Source of the DNA: Chrysomallon squamiferum
Taxonomy: Eukaryota; Animalia; Mollusca
DNA length: 64,000 bases
NCBI GenBank assembly: GCA_012295275.1
Contig: CM022670.1
Span: 21,948,001-22,012,000 of the forward strand
Reading direction: 5' to 3'
Part shown: positions 63,755 to 64,000 of the stretch, in pieces
Numbering within the stretch: position 1 is the first letter of the stretch
Layout of the letters: every line of letters starts with the position of its first letter
Program-made: the position numbers and the translations under genes
Notes under the pieces: generated by a model
Databases searched by the model: none
Told to the model about the DNA's origin: nothing
What the model saw: only the letters and a program-made list of their open reading frames with translations

Positions 63755-64000
63755 TCACACACCTATTTTAATTTCATTATTTTTTTGTTTATTTAATTTC
63801 ATTATTAGCTTATTTTAATTTTAATAGATTACGTTTATTTAATTTCATTTTTGATAATCTGTAAAAACAGGTTTTTTTATGAATTTTACTTTCATGTAAA
63901 AACATGTTGCACTGTTAGTTTTAGTTGACACAGGATACTATCAAACAGTAGTTCTGTTCTTTCAGTAATGTGTAATTAAGAACAACACTGAAATAAAGTG

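Noticed and set aside
63528-63771. ORFs consisting of X residues
   Set aside because: Artifacts of the N gap.

Overview
AT-rich, microsatellite-dense eukaryotic (animal, probably molluscan/lophotrochozoan; inference) genomic DNA holding a tandem, all minus-strand cluster of intron-containing single-pass receptor genes. Each has a signal peptide, a two-exon F-type lectin (fucolectin) domain, 1-6 EGF-like exons and a TM exon, but one of three different signalling tails. In transcription order (right to left): F (3' end of a receptor PTP, cut by an assembly gap), E (FTLD-1xEGF-TM-YxxL/YxxM tail), D (FTLD-5xEGF-TM-active PTP D1 plus dead D2, 26 exons, about 1086 aa), C (FTLD-3xEGF-TM-YxxL/YxxM tail), B (FTLD-6xEGF-TM-ITAM-like tail), A (FTLD-4xEGF-TM-ITAM-like tail; leader splice donor damaged). 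I reconstructed the exon chains by hand; splice phases close in frame for B, C, D and E. Intron homologies show that B and C are chimeras in which lectin/EGF ectodomains were swapped between phosphatase and tyrosine-motif tails, and lectin differences concentrate in the sugar-binding loops. The picture resembles a paired activating/inhibitory glycan-sensing receptor system diversifying by recombination. Also present: a plus-strand CD225/dispanin (IFITM-like) pseudogene missed by the ORF track, inverted EGF pseudo-exons, orphan leader exons, a TA-target MITE, a Penelope-like fragment, a perfect 56-bp-arm fold-back palindrome and a minisatellite built from a splice donor. Function, expression and assembly accuracy cannot be established from this sequence alone.
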